Assembly: GCA_000004985.1 (NCBI GenBank)
Contig: GG738912.1
Source of the DNA: Naegleria gruberi
Lineage: Eukaryota
Length of the DNA: 64,000 nt
Strand: one strand, 5' to 3'
A program made the position numbers and the translations under genes. Shown here in pieces: positions 20,056 to 30,985 of this stretch. The notes beneath the pieces are model-generated. The model saw only the letters and a program-made list of their open reading frames with translations, was not told the DNA's origin and did not search any database. Numbering within the stretch: the stretch's first letter is position 1; each line of letters starts with the position of its first letter.

Positions 20056-23055
20056 CTAGGCCAGTTCATGGCTGATGGTGTTGAAGGTATATTTAGAGGT
20101 GTCTTCTAACTCTTTGAATGGTAATTCAAATAGACGGTTGAGGAAATGTTGTAAATTTTCATTGGATTTTCCTTCAGAATAAATTAGGTTTTCAAAAAGA
20201 GACAGAAGAAATTGGAAAGGTGCTTTCAATTCGTCTATCATGTGTTCTTTGGCTAATTGACTTTCAAAAACAATGCAATTTTCACTGATGAGTTGAAGGG
20301 ATAAAACTTTGAGTGAAATTTCGTAAAGTTTTTCCAATAAATTGTGATCTGAGAGAATGATTTTTGATTTTTCTACGGAAAAGGTTTCTAATATCAATTT
20401 TTCAATATATTTCATTATCAGTGACTGTTCAACTATGGAAAGAGACTCGTTATGTGAAAAGAAGGTATTCCTCTTATATTGATATCTTGGAAATGCTATT
20501 TGAAGCATATTATACATTCTAAGAGGTATTTCCTTCCATGAATAAAAGTAAATATTTCTCAAGAAAGAGTTACTGTTTCTTGATAGAGCTTTTGGTGGTT
20601 CAAAGGCAACGTTGGAGAAGATATTGAGTGTAACAATAGATGGACCAAAATTAGAGATGTGATAGAAAATATCACTGGTTAATTGCATACTATCCAATGT
20701 TAACACATTCAATGAGTTGAAAACTAAGCAAATTTGTTGGATGTCTTGATCCACAATAGACCTGGAGTGGATGACTAAACTTCTAATAAGTGGACATTTG
20801 ATATTTGAGCTCAATTCACTAAATTTCAACCTGTTGGAATTCAATGTCAAGTGGTAGAGAGAAAGCGAATTTTGAAGTTGTGAGAGAAAAGTACCAGTAA
20901 TGTTATCACTCTTAATAGACAGGTATTGTAACCTTGGGCAACATGTGAGAATCTTACCAAGATCTTCATCATTGACATCTGTTCCTGATCTTATAATTCT
21001 CTCTGGCGAGGAATTGGACGAGTTGGAACTACTTCCAAAAGATCCAATTGATGATGGTGGAGATAGAGAACCATCACTTGTACTTGTTCCTGTACTTTCA
21101 CTTCCAGTGCTAGTACAATCCTCTTCACCTTCACTTTCTTCCTCAATTACCTTGTTGAAGAGAAACTCGTTTGATCTATTAGATACTACTAAATGTTCTA
21201 CATTTGGACAATTGGAAAGAACTGAGAGGAGTACTGAAGATGGTAAAAATGTTCCTACCAATTTGAGTGTCTTGAGATTATATTTACAGTGTGAAAATGC
21301 CTCTAGGAATTGAGTGTAATCAGTCAATAAAATCTTTGATAATTCAATAGATTTCAGATGAACACTTGGGAGACAATATTTAACAATTAAACCATTGTTA
21401 AAGTTGTGAATTCTATGCTTGTCATCAAGCCTTATTCTGACACTCTTCAATCTATCCAAAGGTTTGAAAAACTCTTCATTATCGATCAAAGACGCTGATC
21501 TGTCAATACTTAAAGTGTTGGTATGTAAATCTATGGCTAAGTGTTCCAAAGCCAAACCGTATGAAAATATATTCACAAATGTCTTGATGGAGCAAGAAAC
21601 CCCTTCCAATGACAAGTATACAAGAGGTACATTCTTAATTAAAAGGGCTTGCACTAGAGAATCGACAACAACTAAAGAACTGTTATGATTAAAATCAGTA
21701 GCATATAACGGGAGAGCCAGTTCGAAATGTTCTAAATCCAAAAGTTTGTTTGTCATGGCATCCATATGAGACATGTTAATAGAATTAACAGGTGGTCGAC
21801 TAATTTTCAACTCTTTCAAATGTGGAAGAAGGTTTTCAGAAATCATTCTCACCACTGAACTGGTAGATTTAAAATTTGTAAGCCTGAGACATGTTAATGG
21901 AAGAGGTGATTCAGAAATGACTCTCCAACCATCCTTCTCATCACTATTGGATCCATTCTGATGATTAGCATTGTGATTTCTTCTGGTTGGTGACATTAGA
22001 CCTGATGAGCTGTGAATCTCAAGCTTTTTCAACTTGGAAGCCATGTTAAGAAGTAATGGAATGGATGATTCTTGAAATTGATGACAATCCTTAATCACCA
22101 CTTGATCCAAATTATTACACTCTGTGAAAATCTTTTCAAAAAAAGGCAATGAGAGGAAATGTTGCTTTACAAACACAACTTTTCTCCATGTGTTTGGTGC
22201 TCTTTTTGAAAAGATATCCCTAATAAAGCTTTGCTCGTTCAAACTGATTGGAACATTGGCTGGTATCTCAAAACCACTGGCACACAACTCGCTATCCTGA
22301 TCAACAGATTGTTTAAACTTTTTACAGATTGGTCTGGCACATGTGAACAAATCATAAGTATCCAAATATTGGAGAATGTATGATAAAATCTCTGGAGCCA
22401 GATCACAAATATGATGTGTTATTACAACATTGTGAAGATAACCTCTATTTCTCTTAGAAAATGGAGACTTGGAGATACTAACAGGAGAATATCCATCATA
22501 AAAATTTGTTGCTGCATAATCCATATTGGAATCTACTCGAGAATCAGTATTTTGAATTCTCTTTCGAGAAGGAGATGATGAATTTCTCTCAACCTGAGAA
22601 GATAAATAAAAAGTGTTATTCTTTTCATTAGATTGATTCACAATGTTGGAATCTGAATTATTACAATCTGAATTTAACTCTGAATTCGAATTGAAATTTC
22701 TGATATAAGGAAAATTAAAAGAACGTGTATAATGAGGTTCAAATTGATTGGAATAATTATTATAAATTTGAATAAAATGGTCATCGTATTGCAATTCTTC
22801 CCTATGTTGAGAGGTCTGTTGTAGATTCGGCTCGAGAATAGTTTGGAAAGAGGAAGGTCGATTAGCTCTCAACATTTGATTGGAATTTCCATTAATGAAT
22901 TGTGAATCAATATTTTCATTATCAACTCCATCGTTATGAATAATTTCTGAGGACAAATTATCGCTACCTCCCCTTGAAGTATCATTTTCACTTTGGAATG
23001 TCTGAAAATGCATAATATATTGAATATTTCTAAAAAAGGTACAATAGTATTTCAA
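20056..23055 (-). CDS. F-box protein with LRR-like C-terminal region; N/S-rich low complexity
   Basis: F-box: ICDLAPEILSYILQYLDTYDLFTCARPICKKF. The C-terminal half has irregular LRR-like L-x-x-L periodicity. The true start is probably an internal Met (e.g. MHFQTF...). 999-aa ORF. Confidence 0.5.
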   Translation of the reverse strand: MKYYCTFFRNIQYIMHFQTFQSENDTSRGGSDNLSSEIIHNDGVDNENIDSQFINGNSNQMLRANRPSSFQTILEPNLQQTSQHREELQYDDHFIQIYNNYSNQFEPHYTRSFNFPYIRNFNSNSELNSDCNNSDSNIVNQSNEKNNTFYLSSQVERNSSSPSRKRIQNTDSRVDSNMDYAATNFYDGYSPVSISKSPFSKRNRGYLHNVVITHHICDLAPEILSYILQYLDTYDLFTCARPICKKFKQSVDQDSELCASGFEIPANVPISLNEQSFIRDIFSKRAPNTWRKVVFVKQHFLSLPFFEKIFTECNNLDQVVIKDCHQFQESSIPLLLNMASKLKKLEIHSSSGLMSPTRRNHNANHQNGSNSDEKDGWRVISESPLPLTCLRLTNFKSTSSVVRMISENLLPHLKELKISRPPVNSINMSHMDAMTNKLLDLEHFELALPLYATDFNHNSSLVVVDSLVQALLIKNVPLVYLSLEGVSCSIKTFVNIFSYGLALEHLAIDLHTNTLSIDRSASLIDNEEFFKPLDRLKSVRIRLDDKHRIHNFNNGLIVKYCLPSVHLKSIELSKILLTDYTQFLEAFSHCKYNLKTLKLVGTFLPSSVLLSVLSNCPNVEHLVVSNRSNEFLFNKVIEEESEGEEDCTSTGSESTGTSTSDGSLSPPSSIGSFGSSSNSSNSSPERIIRSGTDVNDEDLGKILTCCPRLQYLSIKSDNITGTFLSQLQNSLSLYHLTLNSNRLKFSELSSNIKCPLIRSLVIHSRSIVDQDIQQICLVFNSLNVLTLDSMQLTSDIFYHISNFGPSIVTLNIFSNVAFEPPKALSRNSNSFLRNIYFYSWKEIPLRMYNMLQIAFPRYQYKRNTFFSHNESLSIVEQSLIMKYIEKLILETFSVEKSKIILSDHNLLEKLYEISLKVLSLQLISENCIVFESQLAKEHMIDELKAPFQFLLSLFENLIYSEGKSNENLQHFLNRLFELPFKELEDTSKYTFNTISHELA

Positions 23056-23403
23056 ATAGCTATTGTAAAGCGGATGCTAAATACCTCCTCTATCTATGAC
23101 AAGTAAACAATGATAAGAATCATCAACATGATGAATTTCCAACTCAAACTTACAAATACGATGATGACCCGTAAATTTCCAACTCCAAAACTTGTTTGTA
23201 CTAGAGTTTGTTACTACTATTGTAAAATAAGAATGTCCTTCTTCTTCTCATCAACACAATTTATGACCAATTAATGTTGTTGCGGATGTTGTTCTATCAA
23301 TCCAAAATAATAATAATATTAGCCTCTCTGATGATGCTATTATGCAAAATTCAAGTACAATTTGAATACTGCTTCTTTAAATAAGATGATTGCGTACTAG
23401 TGT

Positions 23404-23438
23404 AATGTTGTTGTTATTGCTATTGTTATTGTTGTTGA
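23404..23438. repeat. Short (TTG/TTA)n microsatellite in an intergenic region
   Basis: tgttgttgttattgctattgttattgttgttg. Confidence 0.5.
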
Positions 23439-23928
23439 TAAGAAAGTATGATAATAATATTATAATAATAATAAGAAATCACTCTTGCCACTGTTGGATT
23501 TTACGTTTAATTTTTTTCAGTGTTGGAAGTTCCATGATTGGAGCTGGTGATGCGCAAGGCTCTATTCTGTGGTGTTGGAGGTGGGAATCTGGAGTGGAGA
23601 TTTGTTGAGATTAAATTCTGGTGGTTTCAGGATGAAGGTGAAAAAGAGATTGTACAAGGTTTGAAATTCAGATTATGGTTAATGCTATAATGGACAATCA
23701 AAAGTATCATACTAGTGGTGAGATTGGGAGGATTCTTACGAGTTGGATTCTGAATTGGACATTGATTATTTATACACTGAGGAACCTTAGGTTGAACGAT
23801 TTCTAAGGTTGAAATGCTAACGGTCTAATTGGAAATATTGAGCGACATTGAAAGGGATACCCTTTTAAAATTATTTAGCATTCAAGAATATGTTGTCTAT
23901 TGTAGAAGTAATCTTGTAAGCCAAGATT

Positions 23929-25440
23929 TTATTCCTGAGGTTTTTTAATGACAATCTCCTCAATTCTCTTCACAGGTACATAGGAGACAACGCGTCCAAC
24001 TTCTTGCCAATCTGAGAGAGTTTCCTCCTCTACCTCAAATGTAGTTTTAGGTGGAGCATTGGAGTGAATTGGATCATCCGTCTCTGAATGTGAAAAGGCA
24101 AATGGTGTTGCCAATCTTTTCAAGTGACCAAAGGTACCCTTCTCTTGCTCCATTCTTGGACGAATGAAGGCAGATTTGGAACGACCAACTTTCTTACCAG
24201 AGTCTGTAGAGCTAATTGTTGGTGAGAGTGTTGGGGTGGTTTGTGAGGACGGTGTCTCGACAGATTTTTGTGAACTTGGTGGAGTAATGAGCTCATCCAA
24301 TTGAGGAGAGGTCACGAGTGAAATAACTGGAGATCCTGGAGTGCTGGCTGAATGAGCTTCTTCCATATCGATACCAAGGAATGAAATGGAACTCTTCTTT
24401 TTGATGGCAATTTCTGGAGTGTTTTCTTCCTTTTTTTCAATAAATTCTCTTTTTGGAGGAGTTGGAAGCTCGATAGTGAGTTTGAAATCATCTTCTTGCT
24501 CTTGCTTTTTGACCTGTTTGTTTTTGGATATGGTCAACTCTGACATGCAGGACTCACTCAAATCTTGTAAGAAATTGAAAAGAAGAGAAGAATCCTTGAA
24601 TCTATTTTGATAATCATGATTGATCCAATTCAATAGTGCTGGTAAAAATTGGCCTCTACCTCCAAAATTATTCAACTCACTCAATTCCATTATTATTCTC
24701 TTCACATCTTCAATATTTACAATGGAGAGGAATACTTGATTCTTGATGAATTTTTCAAAATTTCCTTGCAGACATTCCAAACATTTCACTTTGATTGATT
24801 TGAATTTTTCATTCCAAATCTTTCCTCCATATCGTTCAATGAAATTCAAATTCTCCTTCTCTTTTAATTTGAATGGAGGAACATAAGCTTTGGTAAAAGT
24901 ATTTACATTTGATCGTTGTCTAGTAATTAATACAGGTTTCAACATGTCATTCATGAATGAGTTTGGATCTACAATTGTCTCAATAAAAGTATTCTTGCAA
25001 TAATTTGAAGTCTTTGTTTCATTGAAAATGGACAATAATTTCAATACATCTTCAAATATATTGTCTCCTTGAATGATTGATGTGAAATTGTCATGCAAAT
25101 TGTGAAGGAGAGAAACTACAATTTCTGGTGCGAAATATTCATTAGATAACTGTAATAGAGGAATAATTTCATTATTTTCCCAGTCAATTCGTCCACTATA
25201 ATAGAAAGTGAGAAATTTCCTAACAATGGATGGTTTGTGTTTTGTGATGGTTATCATTGAAGAGGAACTAAATAATTGTTTGAATGACATATTTTTACAG
25301 GCCAAAACAATTCTATGAATTTTAAATACTTCCCCAGTGCCATTAAATGTGACTCGGATTTCACCATCAGGATAACTTTCACTCTTGTTAAAGCATTCCT
25401 CTACATTCTGTGGAGAGTTGAACAATTTGAAAACACCCAT
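23929..25440 (-). CDS. BTB/POZ-domain protein
   Basis: N-terminal GEVFKIHRIVLACKNMSFKQLFSS...FLTFYYSGRIDW...IPLLQLSNEYFAPEIV is BTB-like. The C-terminus is S/T/P-rich. A-rich start. Confidence 0.5.
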   Translation of the reverse strand: MGVFKLFNSPQNVEECFNKSESYPDGEIRVTFNGTGEVFKIHRIVLACKNMSFKQLFSSSSMITITKHKPSIVRKFLTFYYSGRIDWENNEIIPLLQLSNEYFAPEIVVSLLHNLHDNFTSIIQGDNIFEDVLKLLSIFNETKTSNYCKNTFIETIVDPNSFMNDMLKPVLITRQRSNVNTFTKAYVPPFKLKEKENLNFIERYGGKIWNEKFKSIKVKCLECLQGNFEKFIKNQVFLSIVNIEDVKRIIMELSELNNFGGRGQFLPALLNWINHDYQNRFKDSSLLFNFLQDLSESCMSELTISKNKQVKKQEQEDDFKLTIELPTPPKREFIEKKEENTPEIAIKKKSSISFLGIDMEEAHSASTPGSPVISLVTSPQLDELITPPSSQKSVETPSSQTTPTLSPTISSTDSGKKVGRSKSAFIRPRMEQEKGTFGHLKRLATPFAFSHSETDDPIHSNAPPKTTFEVEEETLSDWQEVGRVVSYVPVKRIEEIVIKKPQE

Positions 25441-25634
25441 TTTTTTGATTGTTGATTAATGGATGCCAAGTATTTCATTCTCATCTAAATTAATTGATGA
25501 CATCGATATTGAATAGGACCAAAATAAACAAAGTAAATCTGAAAATGAATAGGAACAACAAATTCATCTTATTGTTCTTGAAGAAAAGCAACTCTCGAAT
25601 TTAAATTTTATGATTAATTTTTTTTATAATTTAT

Positions 25635-26366
25635 TTAGAACTTCATTTCGTGTGGCTTATCACCGTTTTGGAGTCTGAAAGGAGTTTGGAGGTATTCCTT
25701 CAACAATTCGACCTTACCGACGGCAGCAACAACTTGTTGGTCGACAGCATCGAAAGTCTTCTTATTTTCTTCAGAGATAGCACCCTTCTTTCCGGCTCTG
25801 AACCAACTCTTCTTACCAGTTTCATCCAATCTGGTCTTATGTTCCTTTGTGAAAGTAGCATCAGTAACGGTAGCTGGGACGGTAACAGCAGAAACGTCAA
25901 CCTTGGTGGAGGTAGCGATAACGTATCTTTGGTTAACTCTTCTCAATGGGACACCGTTTAATTGGAATGGACCAGTGACCAAGAGGAGACCTGATGGCAA
26001 TTGCTTCAAGAAGACAACTCTCTTACCAGCGAATTTACCAGCCAACAAAATCAAAACAGTACCTGGTGTAATTGTGGATCTGAGCTTGGTGGCCTTTTGT
26101 GGCTTAGCACTCTTGGATCTGATGGTAGTGAGGGAGAAATCAGCAGCAATTCTGTCATCAGCAACTTCAACAGTAGCCTTGTTTCTAACAACCTTGATCT
26201 TTTGTTGCTTGACAACCTTCTTGGTTCTCTTAGCATCACTCTTAATGTAAGAGAAAGTACCCTTCTTCCAGAACAAAGAATTTGGGCTCAATCTGGTGAC
26301 AGACTTAGCCAATGGAGCCATAGACTTCTCCTTGTTTGGGTTTTCCTTTCTAACTCTCTTAGGCAT
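25635..26366 (-). CDS. rpl6: 60S ribosomal protein eL6 (L6e)
   Basis: TPGTVLILLAGKFAGKRVVFLKQLPSGLLLVTGPFQLNGVPLRRVNQRYVIATSTKVD matches eL6. True start MPKRVRKEN is ATG 26366; the track start is an upstream TTG. Locally GC-richer, C-ending codons fit a highly expressed gene. Confidence 0.8.
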   Translation of the reverse strand: MPKRVRKENPNKEKSMAPLAKSVTRLSPNSLFWKKGTFSYIKSDAKRTKKVVKQQKIKVVRNKATVEVADDRIAADFSLTTIRSKSAKPQKATKLRSTITPGTVLILLAGKFAGKRVVFLKQLPSGLLLVTGPFQLNGVPLRRVNQRYVIATSTKVDVSAVTVPATVTDATFTKEHKTRLDETGKKSWFRAGKKGAISEENKKTFDAVDQQVVAAVGKVELLKEYLQTPFRLQNGDKPHEMKF

Positions 26367-26773
26367 CTTTATTGATGAATATTTGATATTGGTGGTTGAT
26401 GAAGAAGACAAAAATATGCGTAAGATATTAATTGGAGGATGATGAATACGAACCTTTTTAATTGTGACTTTTTTTTTCAACAAAATTTTTTAATTAATAT
26501 CAGGTTGTCTTTCCAATGACGATTTTACAATGAAAAATTTTTAGGCATTTTTGCTTTCAATTCCTTCAAGAAAGAAGAAAACAAAGAACCCAGCAACTCA
26601 ACATGCTAATTTCATAATGTTTTCACAACACTTTTGGAAGTAATAACAACACTATTAGGATTAACATAAATTAGATTTTATTCTCTCTAGATTACATCTC
26701 GTTTTTGAGTGTCAAGATGAAGGAACACTTCAGCAAATAATCATGGATGATTGTCGATAAATATTTACACACA

Positions 26774-27518
26774 ATTTAATCATCTCTCATAAAGTCCATA
26801 TCATCATCATCGTCACCACCGAAAGGATTAGAATCAGCTTCACTTTGTGGTTCCTCATTTGTTCCTGTTACCATTGTTTCATCATTATTATTCATTGGAG
26901 TTTCTGTTGTTTCATCATTATTATTATCAGTGGCACCATCTCCTTCCTCTTGTTGTTCTTGTTGTTCTGTTGATGGTGATTTAGGCTTGCTAGTTTCCTC
27001 ATCGGTTGTTGCTGCTTCTTCCTCTGTTGTTGATAATGTTGTTGTTGTATTATTGGTTTGAGAATTACTAGCAGCTGCTGGTTTAAGAGTTACAGCAAGA
27101 AAGTTTGGTACAATATTGCCATTCTCTTGTTCTCTCTTCCTTCTTTCTTCATCCCATTGTTTAATTTCACTATCCGTTACTATTTGTATGTGTTGATGAT
27201 GAAATCCAATTAATAAAATTATTAAATTAATATTTAAATATTGATACTAGAAATCCAATGATCCAACACGTTCAAACACTTACAATGAACATATCCAACA
27301 GTAGAAACAAATTCAACTTTTCTCATCGATCTTTTCCATGGTTTTACTTTAATATCATTATTCTTTTCAATCCATGTTCCTTTTCCTGCTCTTGATTTTG
27401 TTGGAGCTTGTACACTGTGAGTGCTTTCATTGTCATCATCCATTGCGGAAGAGTCATTACTAGCTTCATTCTGTATTACTTCTCGTTGTGAAGTTGATCG
27501 GGTTACACGTGAAGACAT
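26774..27518 (-). CDS. Acidic hypothetical protein, two exons (intron about 27180..27283)
   Basis: Exon 1 (27518..27284) is MSSRVTRS...GKGTWIEKNNDIKVKPWKRSMRKVEFVSTVGYVH, then GTAAGT. With a 104-nt AT-rich intron ending ...caaatAG, the frame stays open for 135 codons (LTDSEIKQWDEERRKREQENG...DDDDDMDFMRDD*) to TAA at 26774. The alternative 37-nt intron gives an immediate stop. Confidence 0.45.
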
Positions 27519-27607
27519 TTTTTCCTAAGCTTTGAAAAATTCAACAATCGATTAAGATAACAATTCTTTTGAATTTATTGGAATAATCAGGATTGACTAT
27601 TTATCAA

Positions 27608-29594
27608 TTATGGAGAATCATCTTGATATTTTGGATCATACTCGAGGTAGGGTATTTCCATGTTGAGTTTGATTGGAAAGGTTTTGAAGAAGGCCAAATA
27701 TTTGACAAATTCACCTTGATTAGTCTTATTGTGAAGGAGGTAGGTTGGTTTGTGAGTTTCTGATAGAGATGGTGAGCTAACAATCCTTGTCATTGCTGTT
27801 AGTGAATGTGAATTAGTAATATAGCTGGTGAGGAAGTATCTGAATTTCATTCGAGGTATTCTATCAGGAGCTATGGATGAAAGTCGAGTGGTACGTCTTC
27901 TGAAATGAGTATTTGTAGTTTTCACTATTTCAGATAGCTCTTCATCATTCTTTGCAAGTTTTTCAATAAAAGACCATATATTATACTCTGATTTCATATC
28001 TTCTAGGAATAGAGACATGATGGTTGGAATGAGTCTCTTTCTCATTAATTGTCCAATTAGTGAGGAGGATGTTTTCTCATCTCTCATATTCTCATCCTTC
28101 AAATTTACCAAAGAATGTATTTCCTTCATTTCTGCTCTGATAGATTCCAAAATTTGATCATATGGAATAGATTCATAATCAAATACTGGTTCTATATCTT
28201 CATCTCCTCCCCATTGAAGCTCAACATCCAATTCTTCTTCCTCTTCCTCAAAATCTTCTGGTGTTACCACTGAAGGTCTTGTATTCAAAATTCTGGCTTT
28301 TTCTGCCCTTTGAGCTTGTGATATTTCCTTGCTGTAGCCCTTCTTTTGTTCATCAGTGAATAGTGTTGCAAGATAAAGAAAATTGGGAGTTGAGGAAGAG
28401 AGCTCTTGATGAATCGACCGATATACTTCGAGGTCATTGTCCAATATTTCAAACTTATTGTCCTCCAAATATTCCAATAAACCATTCATGTTTCTATTAA
28501 TAATATATTTGGTGATGCTAGGTTCATGTTTTTGTTCGTATTGTTGGCAAAATACCATTACAGTTTTCAAATAATTGTGAATGTGTTTGTAAATTGTTGG
28601 AATAATCCATCCAAAGACATCAATACCGAATTCCTTATGAGATTTTTCCAAATAGAGGAATAAATGATTATCCAAGAAAAATTCCATGTCTGTAATTTCC
28701 TTTCGTTTTTGAATTCTCTTTTTCTGAACAGTTTCCAGTTTCTTACTGGCAAAAGTATCAACATTTTGTTTCAGTTCAAACTTAGATTGAAGATCAACAG
28801 ATATACTCTTCATTTCTTGATGAATGGAAGCAATTTCATCATTTAAACTCTTTAATTTTTCAGTAAATCTTTCGAGATTGGCTGTCAGTTGATCTTTGGA
28901 GGCTATTTCCAAAATTCTGAATAACATGTCAACAAAATAACAAAAAATTTTAAACTAACCTGAACCACTTTTTGAATGATCCATTCTCTAACATTTCTAA
29001 TTGTTGATCTTTTTGATTTTCTAAAGAATCAATCAATGAAATCAAATCTCTGGATCTACTATTCGAAAGTATTCCAAAGAAGGTTTCCACCACATTAAAC
29101 CAAACATTCAAAGAAAAACACACTGATGACCTATAAAATAATTTTGGATGAGATAGCAAGGTTGATACAATCTTTTCCTTCTTCTCACGTTGTCTTGTTT
29201 TCTCCAGTGAAATAAATGTTGAATCTCCCAACGAAGAGGGCAGAATTGTCATGGCATCTACTTCTTCTCCATGCTTTTTGAGTAGTTTCATGATTTGATC
29301 GATAACTTGCTTCTCAGAAGTTAGTTGTACAAGTTTGGTCCTTGCATATATCAAACCCTCTACAATACAATCCTTGTATCCACTCTCCCTTTCCAATTGT
29401 CTTCTCACATCCTCAATATCCTTTATCTCAAAAGCTCTATCAACATTATTCTTCAATTGTTCATACCTTCTGAGAGGTTCCAAATAGAGAGCTTCTAATT
29501 TTGCCTTGATTGGATGAATTAGTTTATCACTCGGGAAAAAATTGAAAACCTTATTAGCATACTTGTAATCTCTCTGAATGTATGCATCGTGCAT
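27608..29594 (-). CDS. Hypothetical protein (possible RUN-like region), two exons joined across a 43-nt intron (28917..28959)
   Basis: ORFs 28950..29594 and 27608..28927 join in frame when gttagtttaaaattttttgttattttgttgacatgttattcAG is removed (...KKWF|R|ILEIASKDQL...). Both ends have A-rich starts/stops. Confidence 0.5.
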
Positions 29595-29756
29595 TACTTT
29601 TGCAAAATGGATAACACCCTTACTAATACTATCCTCCGATAGGAATACATTATTAACTAAGTTCAGTCGGTTAATAAATTAACATCTAACATTTAGTTAT
29701 ACTACTCACATTCTCCATTTGAGCTTTTTAAAAAGAAAATATCATAATTCGATCCT

Positions 29757-30704
29757 TCAATGACATAATTGTTCTGACTCTGTCCAGCTTGAATATTGAG
29801 AGAGTACACCTTTTTTGAATGGACTATGAGAGGTTTCGAACACCATACCGAAGAAATACTATCACAAAAAGCATAATCAACACCATTCTTTTCAATCATT
29901 ATCATGTAAACATTCAATAAGTAAATCAATATTACTCACCAAATGAACAGAACACCATATGGAGAAATCCACATCATTACCCAATGATATATTCGTATCA
30001 TTCTTCTTTACCATACAAAAGTAAGAACCAGGTTCTAAATTCAATTCAATGGTCGTATCTAGAAATCGTTTTGATACATAGGTTCCATCATCAATTTGTA
30101 AATCATCTTCTCCGTATCCAAGAAATCTATAGTTCAGACAACGTTTTCCAGATTGATTTTTGAAAATATTTTCATTTAAACTAATGGTTTCCTTTTGGCA
30201 TATTTCAATATCATAGGATGACTTTTCCGAGCACTCAACTACAACACGAATGTAAAACGATGTATTTAAAACATCTAGAGTATGTGCATTATCAAACAAT
30301 TCAACCTTTTCCTTCAATGTATCGATTTTGTATTCGAATAAGAAACCTCCACTATTCGAAACCTTTTCCTGAGATATAGATATCCAAACTGGTTTGTTTT
30401 CCGATTGTTCAAACTGAAAATATCCATAAGAAAAGGTTACATTTCTAATCCCTAATGAACTACCTTCAGCAATTAGTTTAATTTTATATGATCCATCACC
30501 CAACATTGGAAAATCATACAATGCCTCAGAATTTGCTTTTTGTTCCGAATAGTTTTCTCTCAACATTAGTTGGGAATAGTCGAAACCATCATAGGCTGAT
30601 GTAGTATTGGGATTTACTTCACCAGCAACAACTGCCTTTGATTTCTTCGAAGATGGCACATAGACATCATCGTTATTGTTACGTGAGTTCATAAACTTTA
30701 GCAT
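29757..30704 (-). CDS. Hypothetical protein; probable 81-nt intron (about 29859..29939) before a short terminal exon
   Basis: 270-aa ORF from an A-rich ATG at 30704, ending ...IWCSVHL followed by GTGAGT...tgatAG. The splice acceptor and last exon are uncertain. Confidence 0.35.
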
Positions 30705-30985
30705 TTTTTTGCTGTAATTTCAATAACTCGTAGTTGATTGGTGACATATTTTGATATGATAAGTACGCTTCACTGAAATGTACTGAAATATTGGTGATGG
30801 GTTAGAAAAACCGTAGCATTTTCACTCTGCCAGACTTTTGAAAAAATGATACAACAATTTCTCATGCAGAAATCTAACAGCTGGAACGGGCAAAGAGTTT
30901 ACAAAATAGTACATGAAATGTTGAATATCCTAGTACCAACCGTTTTGATTTTTCATTAAGCTTTAGGTGTTTATTGAAATGTTTA

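Noticed and set aside
27180-27283. Short 37-nt intron model (27247..27283) for the acidic protein gene
   Set aside because: It gives an immediate in-frame stop. The 104-nt model ending at caaatAG keeps a 135-codon frame open to a clean TAA.
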